Assembly (NCBI GenBank): GCA_035995005.1
Contig: DASYKW010000043.1
Location: 1-60,496, forward strand
Direction: 5' to 3'
DNA: 60,496 nucleotides
From: Pyrinomonadaceae bacterium
Lineage (GTDB): Bacteria > Acidobacteriota > Blastocatellia > Pyrinomonadales > Pyrinomonadaceae
The notes beneath the pieces were generated by a model. That model worked only from the letters and a program-made list of their open reading frames with translations. It had not been told where the DNA came from and did not search any database. Of the stretch, positions 1 through 9,368 are shown piece by piece. The stretch's first letter is position 1. Every line of letters starts with the position of its first letter. Both the position numbers and the translations under genes were made by a program.

Positions 1-1
1 C

Positions 2-1972
2 GCGTTCATTTTCCTACGCAGCATTATCAAGCTGGTGCGGGAGCGCCGGACGTTCGAGCTTGGGGCAAAGATCAAGACAAGATTGCTGGTCTATTTTGTC
101 GCGTTGAGCCTGCTGCCGATCATCGCGATGGCAGTTTTCTCGTATCTGTTTATGAATCGCGCGCTTGAGAAATGGTTCTCGCAGATACCTCAGAACGTGA
201 TCGCCCAAGCTCGCGAGATGCAACGTTCGGCGGTCGAGGAGCATTCGGCCACTCTCGCGTCATCTGCGATGATGCTTGCCTCCACGCTGGAAAAGGGAGA
301 TATAAAAGACAGCACGTTGGCCGAGATCGCGACGGCCGGCGGCCTCTCGCATATCGAGGTTCTCTCAGCCGATAACACGACGCTCGCGGTGAATGAACGC
401 GAGGTGCCGGCAGAATCGCGTGGCGAGCTCGATCAGATCGTCGCAAGCGTACGAGGTGGAAACACCGCTGACGCGAGCTTTGCTGATCGCCGGGGTTATG
501 ACGCAGCCCTCGCACCAATGTCTGGCGGCCGGCGTCTGCTCATCGTTCCCGATCCCATTAATGAAAAGAATGTCGGCCAGATCGTCGATAACTCGGTGGC
601 CGAGCTCAATCGCCTCGGCGAGCAGCAGGTGACGATCCGCCGCGTCGGGTTGTTAACGCTGGGCGTACTGACGTTCCTGCTCATCTTTGCATCGACATGG
701 ATCGCTTTTTACGTTGCTCGCGGGCTGACTTTTCCGATCAAGGCCCTGGCGGAAGGGGCAGGTGAGATCGCAGGCGGAAATCTCGGCTATCAGGTCGAGG
801 TTCTCGCTGAGGACGAGCTGGGCCTGCTGGTTACGGCATTTAACGAGATGTCGGCACGTCTTGAGGCAAATTCGACTGAGCTTCGCGTACGCCGCCGCTA
901 CATCGAGACGGTGCTCGAAACGCTGCCGACTGGAATCGTCTCATTTGACGACGAGCTAAACATTACTACGATCAACTCGTCGGCGATCAGCATATTGCGC
1001 GTAGGTAAGGCAGGTCGCGTCGGTTCGCCGCTCGACGAGATAGTGTCGGCCGAGAATAAAGCGTCCGTTGAGCGGCTGCTAGCTCGGGCCCGCCGAACCG
1101 GGCACGCGTCTGACCAGATCGTCCTTCGTGGCGTTGCGGCGAACGGTAACGCGGACACGGAACTAACCGTTTCGCTGACGGCCGCGAAGCTGCCGTCGGA
1201 TGCAGGTGTCGTACTTGTTATCGAAGACCTTTCGCAGCTGATCTCCGCTCAGAGGGCGTCGGCATGGCAGGAGGTGGCACGCCGAATGGCGCACGAGATC
1301 AAGAATCCGCTGACACCTATCCAGCTTTCCGCCGAACGTATTGCCAAGCGATTTGACCGCTCCGGTCATGTCGAAAAAGGGGTCGGTAAACGCATAGACG
1401 ACAGAGGCCCGATAGGCGACGTTGTTCACGAGAGCACGGCGACGATACTTCGAGAGGTCTCGTCGCTCAAGGCGATGGTAGACGAATTCTCGCGTTTTGC
1501 ACGGCTGCCGGAGGCAAAGCTCGAGCCCGAGGGCGTCAACGAGATAATCGAGCAGGCGGTCGCGGCGGTCGAAGGAAGGTTTCCAAATATCGAATTTCGG
1601 ACCGAGCTGTCTAACGATATTCCGTCGGGGAATGCCGACGCCGAGCAGCTAAAACGTGTCTTCGTCAACCTGTTGGACAATGCAGCCGAGGCTTTCGCTA
1701 AGGACGATGAGGACGGTCGTGTCTCGTTAACGTCGCGTCACGATGCCGCACGCGACCTGATCGTTGTTGAGGTCTCCGACAACGGCCGCGGGATCGATCC
1801 GGCGAATTTGCCAAAACTCTTTCAGCCATATTTCTCGACAAAGGGCCGAGGCACCGGTCTCGGCCTCGCGATCGTCAACCGGATCATCGTCGATCACAAG
1901 GGCCGCATCCACGCTGCCCAAAACCAGCCTAAAGGTGCTAAATTCATCATCGAGCTGCCCACGGCAGGTTAG
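2..1972 (+). CDS. NtrY-like sensor histidine kinase (TM-HAMP-PAS-HisKA-HATPase_c), probably 5'-truncated by the window edge
   Basis: ORF 35..1972 stays open in frame back to nt 2. HAMP-like FPIKALAEGAGEIAGGNLGY..AFNEMSARL follows a TM segment. H-box HEIKNPLTPIQLSAERI, N-box VFVNLLDNAAEA, G-boxes DNGRGI and GRGTGLGLAIV. Stop lies 3 nt before the partner regulator. Confidence 0.9.
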   Translation, partial: AFIFLRSIIKLVRERRTFELGAKIKTRLLVYFVALSLLPIIAMAVFSYLFMNRALEKWFSQIPQNVIAQAREMQRSAVEEHSATLASSAMMLASTLEKGDIKDSTLAEIATAGGLSHIEVLSADNTTLAVNEREVPAESRGELDQIVASVRGGNTADASFADRRGYDAALAPMSGGRRLLIVPDPINEKNVGQIVDNSVAELNRLGEQQVTIRRVGLLTLGVLTFLLIFASTWIAFYVARGLTFPIKALAEGAGEIAGGNLGYQVEVLAEDELGLLVTAFNEMSARLEANSTELRVRRRYIETVLETLPTGIVSFDDELNITTINSSAISILRVGKAGRVGSPLDEIVSAENKASVERLLARARRTGHASDQIVLRGVAANGNADTELTVSLTAAKLPSDAGVVLVIEDLSQLISAQRASAWQEVARRMAHEIKNPLTPIQLSAERIAKRFDRSGHVEKGVGKRIDDRGPIGDVVHESTATILREVSSLKAMVDEFSRFARLPEAKLEPEGVNEIIEQAVAAVEGRFPNIEFRTELSNDIPSGNADAEQLKRVFVNLLDNAAEAFAKDDEDGRVSLTSRHDAARDLIVVEVSDNGRGIDPANLPKLFQPYFSTKGRGTGLGLAIVNRIIVDHKGRIHAAQNQPKGAKFIIELPTAG

Positions 1973-1975
1973 TAC

Positions 1976-3325
1976 TTGATGCAAGATTCCATACTGATAG
2001 TCGACGACGAGCCCGGCATACGCGACACGCTGCGAGGCGTGCTCGAGGACGAGGGTTTCGTTGTCGAGACGGTCAAAACGGGTGAGGTATGTCTGGAGAA
2101 GGCCCGCTCGCATCATTACGCGTGCATCCTGCTCGATATTTGGCTGGGCGATGGAATTGACGGGCTCGAGACGTTGCGTATCTTGAAGGACGAGGGTTCC
2201 GACGCTGCGGTCGTAATGATCTCGGGTCACGGAAATATCGAGACGGCGGTGAAGTCTACCAAACTAGGTGCCTTCGATTTTATAGAGAAGCCATTGAGTC
2301 TCGAACGCACCCTGGTCACGGTCAAGAATGCCGTTCGCACGCGCGAGTTGGAACGCGTAAACGAACAGCTCCAAGGCGAGCTTGCTGAGCAGTACGTGAT
2401 GGTCGGAGGATCGATCGCCATGCGAGCACTTCGCAAGCAGATCGCTATCGTCGCACCTACCGAGGGCCGTGTGTTGATCTCGGGCGAGAGCGGCACGGGC
2501 AAGGAGTTGGTCGCTCGAGCGATACACGCACAATCGAAACGCCGCACCGCCCCATTCGTCGAGATCAATTCCGCTGCGATACCGGAGGAGCTAGTTGAGT
2601 CGGAATTGTTCGGCCACGCTAAGGGAGCGTTCTCGGGTGCGACAAGGTCAAAGAAAGGGAAATTCGAGGTCGCCGACGGAGCGACGCTCTTTCTGGATGA
2701 GATCGGCGATATGTCACCGCGTGTGCAGGCAAAGATGCTACGCGTTCTCGAGGAGCAGCGTTTTGAGCCTGTTGGCAGCAACACCGCCGTTTCCGTGGAT
2801 GTTCGCGTGATCTCGGCGACGAATAAACCGCTGGAGAGCCTTATCGACAACGGGCATTTTAGACCCGACCTTTTTTACAGGCTCAATGTCATTCCGTTTC
2901 AAGTGCCGCCCTTACGAGAGCGCAACGAGGATGTGCCGGCCCTCGTTGATCATTTTAATCGACGCTATTCGGCTGAATACGGCAAACCTGCGAAGGAATT
3001 TGCCGAAGACTCGATAGCAAAGCTTCAAGGCCACACTTGGCCCGGCAATGTGCGCGAATTAAAGAACTTCATTGAGCGCGTCGTCATAATGTCCGGGAAG
3101 AAGAAGGTGGCTGCCGACGATCTGCCCGACCTTACCGGCTCGGACGAGGCTGCGGCGATCAGCTTTAGGTTCCCGTCATTTAAGGATGCGACCGACGCTT
3201 ATCAGCGCGAGTTTATCCAGCACAAGCTCGCCGAATTTGGCGGCAATGTGGCAAAAGCCGCCGAGGACATGGGCGTCGACCGCAGCCATCTGTATCGCAG
3301 GATGAGGAATTTGGGGATCAAATAA
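1976..3325 (+). CDS. sigma54-dependent response regulator (NtrC/NtrX family)
   Basis: Receiver domain (ILIVDDEPGIRDTL, ILLDIWL). AAA+ Walker A GESGTGKE, GAFSGA loop (GAFTGA variant), Walker B LFLDEIGD. C-terminal Fis-type HTH GNVAKAAEDMGVDRSHLYRRM. Confidence 0.92.
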   Translation: MMQDSILIVDDEPGIRDTLRGVLEDEGFVVETVKTGEVCLEKARSHHYACILLDIWLGDGIDGLETLRILKDEGSDAAVVMISGHGNIETAVKSTKLGAFDFIEKPLSLERTLVTVKNAVRTRELERVNEQLQGELAEQYVMVGGSIAMRALRKQIAIVAPTEGRVLISGESGTGKELVARAIHAQSKRRTAPFVEINSAAIPEELVESELFGHAKGAFSGATRSKKGKFEVADGATLFLDEIGDMSPRVQAKMLRVLEEQRFEPVGSNTAVSVDVRVISATNKPLESLIDNGHFRPDLFYRLNVIPFQVPPLRERNEDVPALVDHFNRRYSAEYGKPAKEFAEDSIAKLQGHTWPGNVRELKNFIERVVIMSGKKKVAADDLPDLTGSDEAAAISFRFPSFKDATDAYQREFIQHKLAEFGGNVAKAAEDMGVDRSHLYRRMRNLGIK

Positions 3326-3329
3326 AAAA

Positions 3330-3347
3330 GGGCCGCGAAAGCGGCCC
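3330..3347. terminator. bidirectional intrinsic terminator between convergent genes
   Basis: GGGCCGC-GAAA-GCGGCCC hairpin with an A-run on the left. Read on the minus strand it is followed by TTTTTTAT, so it serves dcp. On the plus strand it is followed by TTATGGTT. Confidence 0.75.
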
Positions 3348-3370
3348 TTATGGTTCCAGGTCAAAACAGC

Positions 3371-5536
3371 CTACTTTGGAACGGGAAATCCGCGTTCTTC
3401 CATGAGTGCCTTGACCTGCGGATCGCGCCCGCGGAAGAAACGGAAGCCCTCATCCTGCGGAATGGTATTGCCTACAGAGAAAACGTACTTCACGAGGCGT
3501 GCAGCAACCTTCTTATCGTACGGGCCGCCGGCCTCGGTAAACGCGGTGTATGCGTCGGCCTTGAGGACGTCGGACCACAAATAGCTATAGTAACCGGCCG
3601 AATAGTCGTCGCTCGCAAAGATGTGACGAAACTGCGTCGGGCGGTGCCGCATGACGATCTCGCTTGGCATCCCGATCGAACCGAGATAATCCTTTTCAAA
3701 TTTGCTCGGGTCAAGGTCCTTGTCTCCTTCAAGATGGATCTTCATGTCGTAAAGAGCACTCGACAGATACTCGAGGGTCGCGAAGCCTTGATTGAATTTT
3801 GATGCCTTGTTGATCTTGTCGATCAGCGTTTGGGGCATCGGTTTGCCGGTCTGGTAATGAAGCGCGAAACGATTCAGAACCTGAGGAGTACCGACCCAGT
3901 GCTCGAGCAGTTGGGAAGGAAACTCGACATAATCTGTCGCTACGGCCGTCCCCGACAGAGCGGGATAGGTCACGTTTGACGAGAGGCCGTGCAGGGCATG
4001 CCCGAATTCGTGAAACATCGTCTCGGCGTCGTCCCATGATATGAGGACGGGTTCGCCGGGCTTGCCTTTGACGAAGTTAGCGTTGTTGGAGACGATCGTC
4101 GTGATGTCACCATTGACGCGGGCCTGATTGCGGTACTGGCTCATCCACGCGCCGCTGTCCTTGCCGTCACGGGCGTACGGGTCGAAGTACCAGACTCCCA
4201 CATGCTTGCCGGTCGTCTTGTTGGTCACCTCGTAGACGACCATGTCAGGATTGAAGGTCGCGATCCCGTCGAGCTTTTTGAAGTTAAAGTTAAAAAGCTC
4301 GCCAGCGACCCACATCATCGCCTCGCGCATCTTGTCGAGCTGCAGATAAGGCTTGACCTCATTTTGATCGAGATCGTACTTGTCCTTACGGACCTTTTCC
4401 ATGTAGTAGCGATAGTCCCAGGCCTCGATCTTGATCTTTGCACCCTGCTTATTAGCGAGGGCCTGCATGTCGGCGACCTCCTCCTTGACGCGGGCGACCG
4501 CAGCCGGCCAGACCTGAAGCATAAGCTTCATCGCGTTCTCGGGATCCTTCGCCATCTTTTGCTGCAGGATCCAATGTGCGTGTGTCGGCAGCCCAAAGAG
4601 GTGTGCCCGTTCGGCGCGAAGCTTCAGGATTTTTTTGATCGGTTCCTTGTTGTCGCGAGCGTCTCCGTTGTCGCCGCGCATGATGAACATCCTCCATGCC
4701 TTTTCGCGCAGGTCGCGACGGTCCGAATAGGTAAGGAACGGATCGACGGACGAGCGCGTATTACGGATGATCCATTTGCCGGGCATGTTCTTAGACGCCG
4801 CGGCCTCGGCCGCGGAGTCGATCAACGACTGCGGCAGCCCTGCGAGACTGTCCCTGTGGTCGATGACCATATAGACGCCGCTCTCCTCGCCCTGGAGATT
4901 TTGGTTAAACGTCGTGAAAAGTCCGGCGAGCTCCTGGTTGATCTCGGCGAGCCGTGTCTTCTTGGCGGGGTCGAGCGCCGCACCGGCGTGGACAAAATTC
5001 TCGTAATAGACCCGGACGAGACGCTGTTGTTCGATCGTCAAACGCTTTTTCGCCGGCGAGTTGTAAACCGCCTCGATACGTTTGAAGAGGGCCCCGTTCT
5101 GGACGATCTTGTCATTGTGAGCCGCGAGCTTAGGCTGCATCTCGGCCTGGACGGGCTGAAAATCAGGCGTGTTCATGTTTGACGCCCAAATGCCAAAGAT
5201 AACTCCGACGCGGTTGAGGGTGTCACCGGCCTTCTCTAACGGGACGAAAGTGTTCTCGAATGTCGGCGCCGCCTTGTTGCTGGCGATCGCGTCGATCTCG
5301 GCAAGGTTCTCGACCATGGCAGCCTCGAGAGCGGGCTTGAAATAGCTCACGTTTATCTTGTCGAACGGCGGCAAACCGCCATACGGGCCAGACCATTTTG
5401 TGAGAAGCGGATTGGCAGCAGGCGTCGCCACGGCGTCGACCGCGGCGTCGGTTCTCGGTACTTTGGGCTCAAACATAAAGAATGCTGCACCCGCGAGGGC
5501 TATCAGCCCGAGACGGGCGAAAGTTTGTTGGAACAT
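3371..5536 (-). CDS. dcp: M3-family peptidyl-dipeptidase (Dcp-like), secreted
   Basis: HEFGHALHG zincin motif in a 721-aa M3-sized protein. Signal-peptide-like N-terminus MFQQTFARLGLIALAGAAFF. Confidence 0.85.
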   Translation of the reverse strand: MFQQTFARLGLIALAGAAFFMFEPKVPRTDAAVDAVATPAANPLLTKWSGPYGGLPPFDKINVSYFKPALEAAMVENLAEIDAIASNKAAPTFENTFVPLEKAGDTLNRVGVIFGIWASNMNTPDFQPVQAEMQPKLAAHNDKIVQNGALFKRIEAVYNSPAKKRLTIEQQRLVRVYYENFVHAGAALDPAKKTRLAEINQELAGLFTTFNQNLQGEESGVYMVIDHRDSLAGLPQSLIDSAAEAAASKNMPGKWIIRNTRSSVDPFLTYSDRRDLREKAWRMFIMRGDNGDARDNKEPIKKILKLRAERAHLFGLPTHAHWILQQKMAKDPENAMKLMLQVWPAAVARVKEEVADMQALANKQGAKIKIEAWDYRYYMEKVRKDKYDLDQNEVKPYLQLDKMREAMMWVAGELFNFNFKKLDGIATFNPDMVVYEVTNKTTGKHVGVWYFDPYARDGKDSGAWMSQYRNQARVNGDITTIVSNNANFVKGKPGEPVLISWDDAETMFHEFGHALHGLSSNVTYPALSGTAVATDYVEFPSQLLEHWVGTPQVLNRFALHYQTGKPMPQTLIDKINKASKFNQGFATLEYLSSALYDMKIHLEGDKDLDPSKFEKDYLGSIGMPSEIVMRHRPTQFRHIFASDDYSAGYYSYLWSDVLKADAYTAFTEAGGPYDKKVAARLVKYVFSVGNTIPQDEGFRFFRGRDPQVKALMEERGFPVPK

Positions 5537-5626
5537 TGTGATCGAAAGTCTCCTCAGAAAGTCGGTTCGTTGGATTCTATCTCTTTGGGCGTGAGTTGGA
5601 CAAGATGTGAGGCGGACAGGTGAGAT

Positions 5627-6781
5627 TTAAAAGTCGATCGAGGTTTTGTCGAAGTCCCACTCTCGGCGCCAGGAAAGGGTCTTATGCTCATCGGTGAACC
5701 GTGAATAGCTGTTCCAGTCGAAAAAGCCGCGCTGGTCTGGAACTAGTCTCATATCCGGGCCGAACATGTCCCTGATCCCGCGATCGGGGAAGAAGTCAAA
5801 GTCTTTGCAGCCGTATCGTTCCTGCCGCAGGCGATGGATCAGGCCCGTAAAGGTGCTGCGATAGGTCCCGATAAAATTCAGTCCGGCGGCGGCAATGAGT
5901 TGGTTAAGCACGGTAAGCACGTTAAAGTCCCGGAACGGTAATTCGAAATAACGCCCCCGAAACTCATCCATTATGAGCTCGTCGATAAAGATGATCTTTC
6001 GTCCCTCGAATATTTGGGAAAACATCAAACGCTGGTGAAGAGCGTCGGTCGCAATGACCACGGGCAGCGAGGCGTCGGGGAAGATGGTTTCGATCGATCG
6101 GCGGTAGATATCCCGATCGATGCCGTAATCCTCGTAATTCATTACGAAATCACCCAGGCGTGTATGCACCGAATAGAACGAACCAAGCTGGGCGAGTATC
6201 TCGGTCGCCAACGACTCTATGGGTGCGATGAAGCGGACCGCTGCGTCCTTTAACAACTTTTCCTTGTCGGCCCGACGGAGAAAATAGAAAACGCTCAAAT
6301 GTGCCAGGCTCGGATGTGTCCATTCGACGACATCGTATTGCTGCATCTCCTCGACCGTAACTCCGACGCGACCGATGCTAAAAAAGTCCCAGATCGGCGT
6401 GTGCTCGAATTTACCCTTTATCTCCTCGGTCGTAACGAAATGACTATGCAAAAGCTGTATCTCGAGCTTGTTGGGCCTCGCCGGGTCGTATTCCCAGACA
6501 CGGTCCGCAGGCATATCGACGAGATTTGAGACAAGACTTCGAGGACTGCGCAGCAGGAAGCCGTATTTGTCGCGAAAGTCGGGTAGCGACGCATATTCGG
6601 GCGGCGTCGAGGCAGGGACCTCCCATCCCAGATAAAATGGCCTGCCGAGCAGGGAAGACAGCGAGACTGCAGTCGTATACGTCATGACATGGGTCGTAAA
6701 ACCATCGATACCTCTGGTCGGTGGTTCGAGATACAACACCTGATCGGAGCCGGGAGGAGATGCACTGGCGGTACGGGTCAT
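5627..6781 (-). CDS. hypothetical protein, possibly O-fucosyltransferase-like (GT23/65/68-type) glycosyltransferase
   Basis: 384-aa ORF with good coding composition. HTRLGD (HxRxGD-like) and C-terminal FIGTYRSTFTGLIHRLR resemble the donor-binding motifs of GDP-fucose O-FucT-like enzymes. The assignment is tentative. Confidence 0.6.
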   Translation of the reverse strand: MTRTASASPPGSDQVLYLEPPTRGIDGFTTHVMTYTTAVSLSSLLGRPFYLGWEVPASTPPEYASLPDFRDKYGFLLRSPRSLVSNLVDMPADRVWEYDPARPNKLEIQLLHSHFVTTEEIKGKFEHTPIWDFFSIGRVGVTVEEMQQYDVVEWTHPSLAHLSVFYFLRRADKEKLLKDAAVRFIAPIESLATEILAQLGSFYSVHTRLGDFVMNYEDYGIDRDIYRRSIETIFPDASLPVVIATDALHQRLMFSQIFEGRKIIFIDELIMDEFRGRYFELPFRDFNVLTVLNQLIAAAGLNFIGTYRSTFTGLIHRLRQERYGCKDFDFFPDRGIRDMFGPDMRLVPDQRGFFDWNSYSRFTDEHKTLSWRREWDFDKTSIDF

Positions 6782-6858
6782 GAAACTTGTTTGGCGGAAG
6801 TGTCTGGAATAAACTTATTACTAATCTAGATATCCGAGGCTGAAATTAAAAACGACCA

Positions 6859-7815
6859 ATGAAAATAGTAGGCATATTAGTGGGACGCGAGCAGACGTTT
6901 CCCGAGTCAATAATCAAGAGCATTAATGAGAAAGGCGGCGGCGAGGTCACCGCCGAGATGGTCACGATCGGCGGCATCACTCTGGATGAAGACAAGCGTT
7001 ACGATGTCATTATCGATCGTATATCGCACGAGATCCCTTATTACAGGGCGACGCTCAAGCGATTTGCGCTCGAGGGTACATACATCATCAACAACCCGTT
7101 CTGGTGGTCGGCGGACGACAAATTCTTTAATTTTGCTCTTGCGACCAAGCTCGGCGTGGCAATTCCGAAGACCGTCCTTCTGCCGCAGCAAGAATACATC
7201 AAGGACGTCACATCCGAATCTCTTCGTAACCTCGAATTCCCTCTCGATTGGGAAGGGATCGTCGAACACGTCGGCTTTCCCTCGTTCCTGAAACCGTTCG
7301 ACGGCGGCGGGTGGAAGAATGTGTCTAAGATCCACAACGCTGAAGAACTGATGACCGAATACAACCGATCCGGCACGCTCTGCATGACGCTGCAGCAGGG
7401 CATCGAGTACGACCAGTTCGTTCGCTGTTACTGCGTGGGCAAAGAAAAGGTCCTGATCATGCCTTACGACCCGTCAAAGCCGTACCTCTCGGGTATGCAA
7501 TATGTAAACGTCGACGATTACCTCTCGCCCGAGCTGCATGCTCGCGTCGAACAGGATGTCAAAACTATCTGCACCGCGCTTGGCTATGATCTCAACACCG
7601 TCGAATTCGCTATCAAGGATGGCGTCCCCTACGCGATCGACTTTATGAATCCTGCACCGGATGCGGAGCTCGCCTCGGTCGGCGAACATAACCACCGCTG
7701 GATCGTCGACAACATGACCGACTTTATCCTCAAGAAGCTTGAGACAGGCTGGGAAATGCCGGAGTATCGCTGGTCGGCGATGCTCAATCCGCCGGAAAGG
7801 GCTACGGCAAAATAA
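6859..7815 (+). CDS. ATP-grasp domain protein (RimK/glutathione-synthetase-like ligase)
   Basis: 318 aa. Central FPSFLKPFDGGGWKNVSKIHNAEEL and C-terminal VEFAIKDGVPYAIDFMNPAPD fit the ATP-grasp phosphate-binding and Mg-binding segments. Divergent from 5627..6781 across 77 nt. Confidence 0.75.
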   Translation: MKIVGILVGREQTFPESIIKSINEKGGGEVTAEMVTIGGITLDEDKRYDVIIDRISHEIPYYRATLKRFALEGTYIINNPFWWSADDKFFNFALATKLGVAIPKTVLLPQQEYIKDVTSESLRNLEFPLDWEGIVEHVGFPSFLKPFDGGGWKNVSKIHNAEELMTEYNRSGTLCMTLQQGIEYDQFVRCYCVGKEKVLIMPYDPSKPYLSGMQYVNVDDYLSPELHARVEQDVKTICTALGYDLNTVEFAIKDGVPYAIDFMNPAPDAELASVGEHNHRWIVDNMTDFILKKLETGWEMPEYRWSAMLNPPERATAK

Positions 7816-7844
7816 GGGTAGAAGAGCTGTCCCGAGCCTGCTTT

Positions 7845-9263
7845 TTAGTCCTCGGACGCCAGCATATCGTATGGAATTCGCCTCGAGAGCATTCGCGACG
7901 TCATCATCAATCCTACCCAGATGAGGAGTGTGACGGTCGATACGACCCAGCCGATCTGCGCTACAAAATCATCTTCAAACAAGACGCCGATCGCCACAAA
8001 GGGAAAAGCAAAGAATGAGATCTTGAGGGCTGTCGACTTTGACCGTTCGACGGTGTCGAGCGTGTTTACGCGGCTGATCTCCATCTCCATGTATTCGTCG
8101 TCGGCGTTGAGCCGGGCGAAGTAGTCCGCCTCGCTCTTTGACCAGCGACGCAGGGCAGGTGTCTTCGCGACACGATTCGCGGCGAAGAAATGATGAATTA
8201 CGTGGGCGATCTTGCCTTCGCGAAGTGCTATTTCGGCAAGCCCGCGGGCGGCACGAAAATTCTCACCGAGCTTATCTCGTACCGCTTCAAAGACATCGGC
8301 CGCACGTTTATGGTCGCCAAGCGAGAAATACCATTCGCCAAGCCGTGCGAGAAGGTCGGCATCGCCACACGCACGGCGTTCGGATAGTCGAAGAAGGGCG
8401 AGAGCCCGACGCTCGAGCCTCGGCTGACGATTGATACCGGCAAAGGCATGCATGCAGCGCGCGAATTCAAACAGCAGCCACCCGTCACGCGGCTGAAGCA
8501 CGATCGCACGGCGAAACGCCTCAAGCGCTTGAGCGAGGTGGCCTGAGACGCGAAGCTCGTTGGCAAGCTCGCGCAGGTCTTCAGCCTTCTCTTCCTCGTC
8601 GACGGAGGAAACGTGAGCAAAACGGTGTCGCCGGCCGATCGGTTTTTTGAAGACTGATTCGAGTGCCTCGGCGGACGGTATGCGCGAGAACTCGGCTTTC
8701 ATCAGCATTTCCTTAGTGTCGCCGAGATGATCCCGAAGCTCGGTCGACCGGGTGTCGAGAATGCTGTCGTCCAGTTTTGGAAGGATAGCGTGCACCATTC
8801 GGCGATAGTCTTCGCCACCGGAGGCAAAGGCAATGCTGAGCCCTTTGCCCCGAAAAACGGTCCTGTAGCGATAGTGCACAACGCCGCCGCGTTTGATCGC
8901 GCGGATCGATTGCGTCTCGACCTGCTCGACATCGTTCAGCTTAAGGCGTCTCCGCGAGGAGTTGAGCCAGGCCCATAGCCGTGGTATCGAACCGTTGCGT
9001 TCGAGCCTGCGGCCGTCGAAACTTATCCTGTCGTTCAAAGCGAAAAAGGGAATGAGTATCCAGGACACCGCAAATAATGCGAAGCCGGCGATATCCAATT
9101 CCAAATAGAAGAAAAGGGCAGAGAAGAACGTCGATAGAAAAAGGGCGGTGAAGTATCCGTGTGGCGAGACACGGATCGAAACGCCGTCAGTCGGTGATGC
9201 CTCGGCCGAGCAATCGGTGCCCAGTTCTGCGGACTCTTCGCGTTGTGTTTGTTGGGTCTCCAT
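7845..9263 (-). CDS. membrane protein with TPR-like repeats (N-terminal TM hairpin, C-terminal TM pair)
   Basis: ORF 7845..9323. I prefer ATG 9263 (METQQTQ...) because the first 60 nt overlap the upstream terminator hairpin. TM pair YFTALFLSTFFSALFFYLELDIAGFALFAVSWILIPFF, TPR-like helices (ALEAFRRAIVLQPRDGW.., LGDHKRAADVFEAV..), two C-terminal TM helices. Confidence 0.7.
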   Translation of the reverse strand: METQQTQREESAELGTDCSAEASPTDGVSIRVSPHGYFTALFLSTFFSALFFYLELDIAGFALFAVSWILIPFFALNDRISFDGRRLERNGSIPRLWAWLNSSRRRLKLNDVEQVETQSIRAIKRGGVVHYRYRTVFRGKGLSIAFASGGEDYRRMVHAILPKLDDSILDTRSTELRDHLGDTKEMLMKAEFSRIPSAEALESVFKKPIGRRHRFAHVSSVDEEEKAEDLRELANELRVSGHLAQALEAFRRAIVLQPRDGWLLFEFARCMHAFAGINRQPRLERRALALLRLSERRACGDADLLARLGEWYFSLGDHKRAADVFEAVRDKLGENFRAARGLAEIALREGKIAHVIHHFFAANRVAKTPALRRWSKSEADYFARLNADDEYMEMEISRVNTLDTVERSKSTALKISFFAFPFVAIGVLFEDDFVAQIGWVVSTVTLLIWVGLMMTSRMLSRRIPYDMLASED

Positions 9264-9322
9264 CGTCCGACAGTTCCTTTTTACCACAAAGCTAGTCGTG
9301 TGACGCACATCGCACATAAACA

Positions 9323-9346
9323 AAGGCCGGCATGATCGCCGGCCTT
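9323..9346 (-). terminator. intrinsic terminator after 9369..10214
   Basis: AAGGCCGGC-ATGATC-GCCGGCCTT hairpin. On the minus strand it is followed by TGTTTATGTG. Confidence 0.55.
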
Positions 9347-9368
9347 AACCTTAAATATATTGCGTTTC

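Noticed and set aside
4202-5182. 326-aa plus-strand ORF inside the dcp region
   Set aside because: It is fully antisense to a CDS with a clear M3 HEFGH signature. Its Leu/Arg/Val/Asp-rich composition is typical of a shadow frame in GC-rich DNA.
6782-7844. ATP-grasp gene considered as a graspetide (RiPP) ligase with a nearby precursor peptide
   Set aside because: The flanking intergenic regions are only 77 nt and 29 nt, with no small ORF. There is no evident similarity to the microviridin-type ligase sequence that I remember.
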